A stretch of DNA of 64,000 bases from Octopus sinensis (lineage: Eukaryota): the NCBI RefSeq assembly GCF_006345805.1, contig NC_043001.1:73966001-74030000 (forward strand), written 5' to 3'. The notes below the pieces were generated by a model. That model saw nothing but the letters and a program-made list of their open reading frames with translations, ran no database searches and was not told the origin of the DNA. Below are positions 63,036 to 64,000 of the stretch, piece after piece; the stretch's first letter is position 1; each line of letters opens with the position of its first letter. A program made the position numbers and the translations under genes.

Positions 63036-64000
63036 AACTAGTTAATTACATACCACCTCCATCCAGGTCTACCTACCACACCTGTTTCTTCTTTTTACAT
63101 CACTCAGACTGTCTTATATCCTGGACTCCATACTGACTACTTCAACCTTGAAATTTTAATATTTTATCTCATCTTTCTCTGTTTGTCAATTTCCTTCCTT
63201 CCCAGGTATAAGCATGGCTAATAGGTACAAGCATGGCTTTGTGGAAGTTTGCTTCCCAACCATGTGGTCTTGAGTTCAGTCTCTCTCTGTAACACCTTGA
63301 GCAACTGCCTTCTATAGCCCAGGGTTGACCAAAGTCTTATGAGTGTATTTGCTAGATGGAAACTGTAAGAAGCCCATTGTATATATATACACATACATGC
63401 ATGTGTGTGTATATGTGTATGTGTACCCTTGTCTTGATATGATGTAATGGTTGCAAACTGTAAACCGTCACCACCATCAAGCAAATGATGTTATTCATTT
63501 CCAGTCTTCTGTGAAAATTGTGTCTGGTCATGAGGAAATATTACCTTGCTTGGAAGCAAGTGAGGCTTGGTGACATGGAGGGCATCCAACTGTAGAAAAT
63601 CTGCCTCAACACATTCCATCTGACTCGTGCACTCATGGAAAAGTGGACATTAAATGATGATGATGATAACTTAGAGATTTTCAAGATAAATGTAGACCAT
63701 ATCTATCTCAGCAGTTTCAAAGGCCTGACAATGGCTTAAACACTAAAGGTTTCATTTTGTGTTTTGTGAAATGTTAAACCACTGAGAATGCTATTTATTT
63801 GTTTACATCTGTTTTGTCTATACTGGCATGGGTTAGAGTTGTATGTATTATTTATCATTGTTTTATGGCCTTGTGCTCTTCCTGTTGCTAACCTTTATCT
63901 GTTTTTCATGTGTAGTGGGGGGGGGTCTGTTATTCAACATCTCTTCAAAAGTGTAAAGCCAATAGATTTGTTGACAAACAATGAAAACAATATCACTGCT

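Overview
AT-rich, repeat-dense eukaryotic DNA. The SINE/MITE families and microsatellite content look like an octopus (coleoid cephalopod) genome; this is inferred from recognised repeat families, not from a database search. One spliced + strand gene runs through the window: an RGS-RhoGEF of the Drosophila RhoGEF2 / vertebrate ARHGEF11-ARHGEF12 family. I assembled 15 internal coding exons (12296-62027, 1692 nt = 564 codons, all GT-AG, reading frame continuous). They encode the post-PDZ coiled coil, a Ser/Pro-rich linker, the RGS-homology (RH) domain and a canonical C1 zinc finger. The start codon, PDZ exons and DH-PH exons were not found and presumably lie outside the window. The introns hold a decayed Gypsy pol/integrase 3' end, two CR1-like LINE fragments, many tRNA-SINEs, hAT, piggyBac, Tc1-mariner and Helentron-type MITEs (some nested), and large microsatellites. 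The most notable features are a ~330-bp near-perfect palindrome (6997-7328) carrying an intact minimal type I hammerhead ribozyme motif on each strand (Penelope-like/retrozyme signature) and an adjacent 1.9-kb higher-order tandem array of a ~350-bp unit. No rRNA, genuine tRNA or CRISPR array is supported, and nearly all other ORFs in the track are repeat-derived noise.
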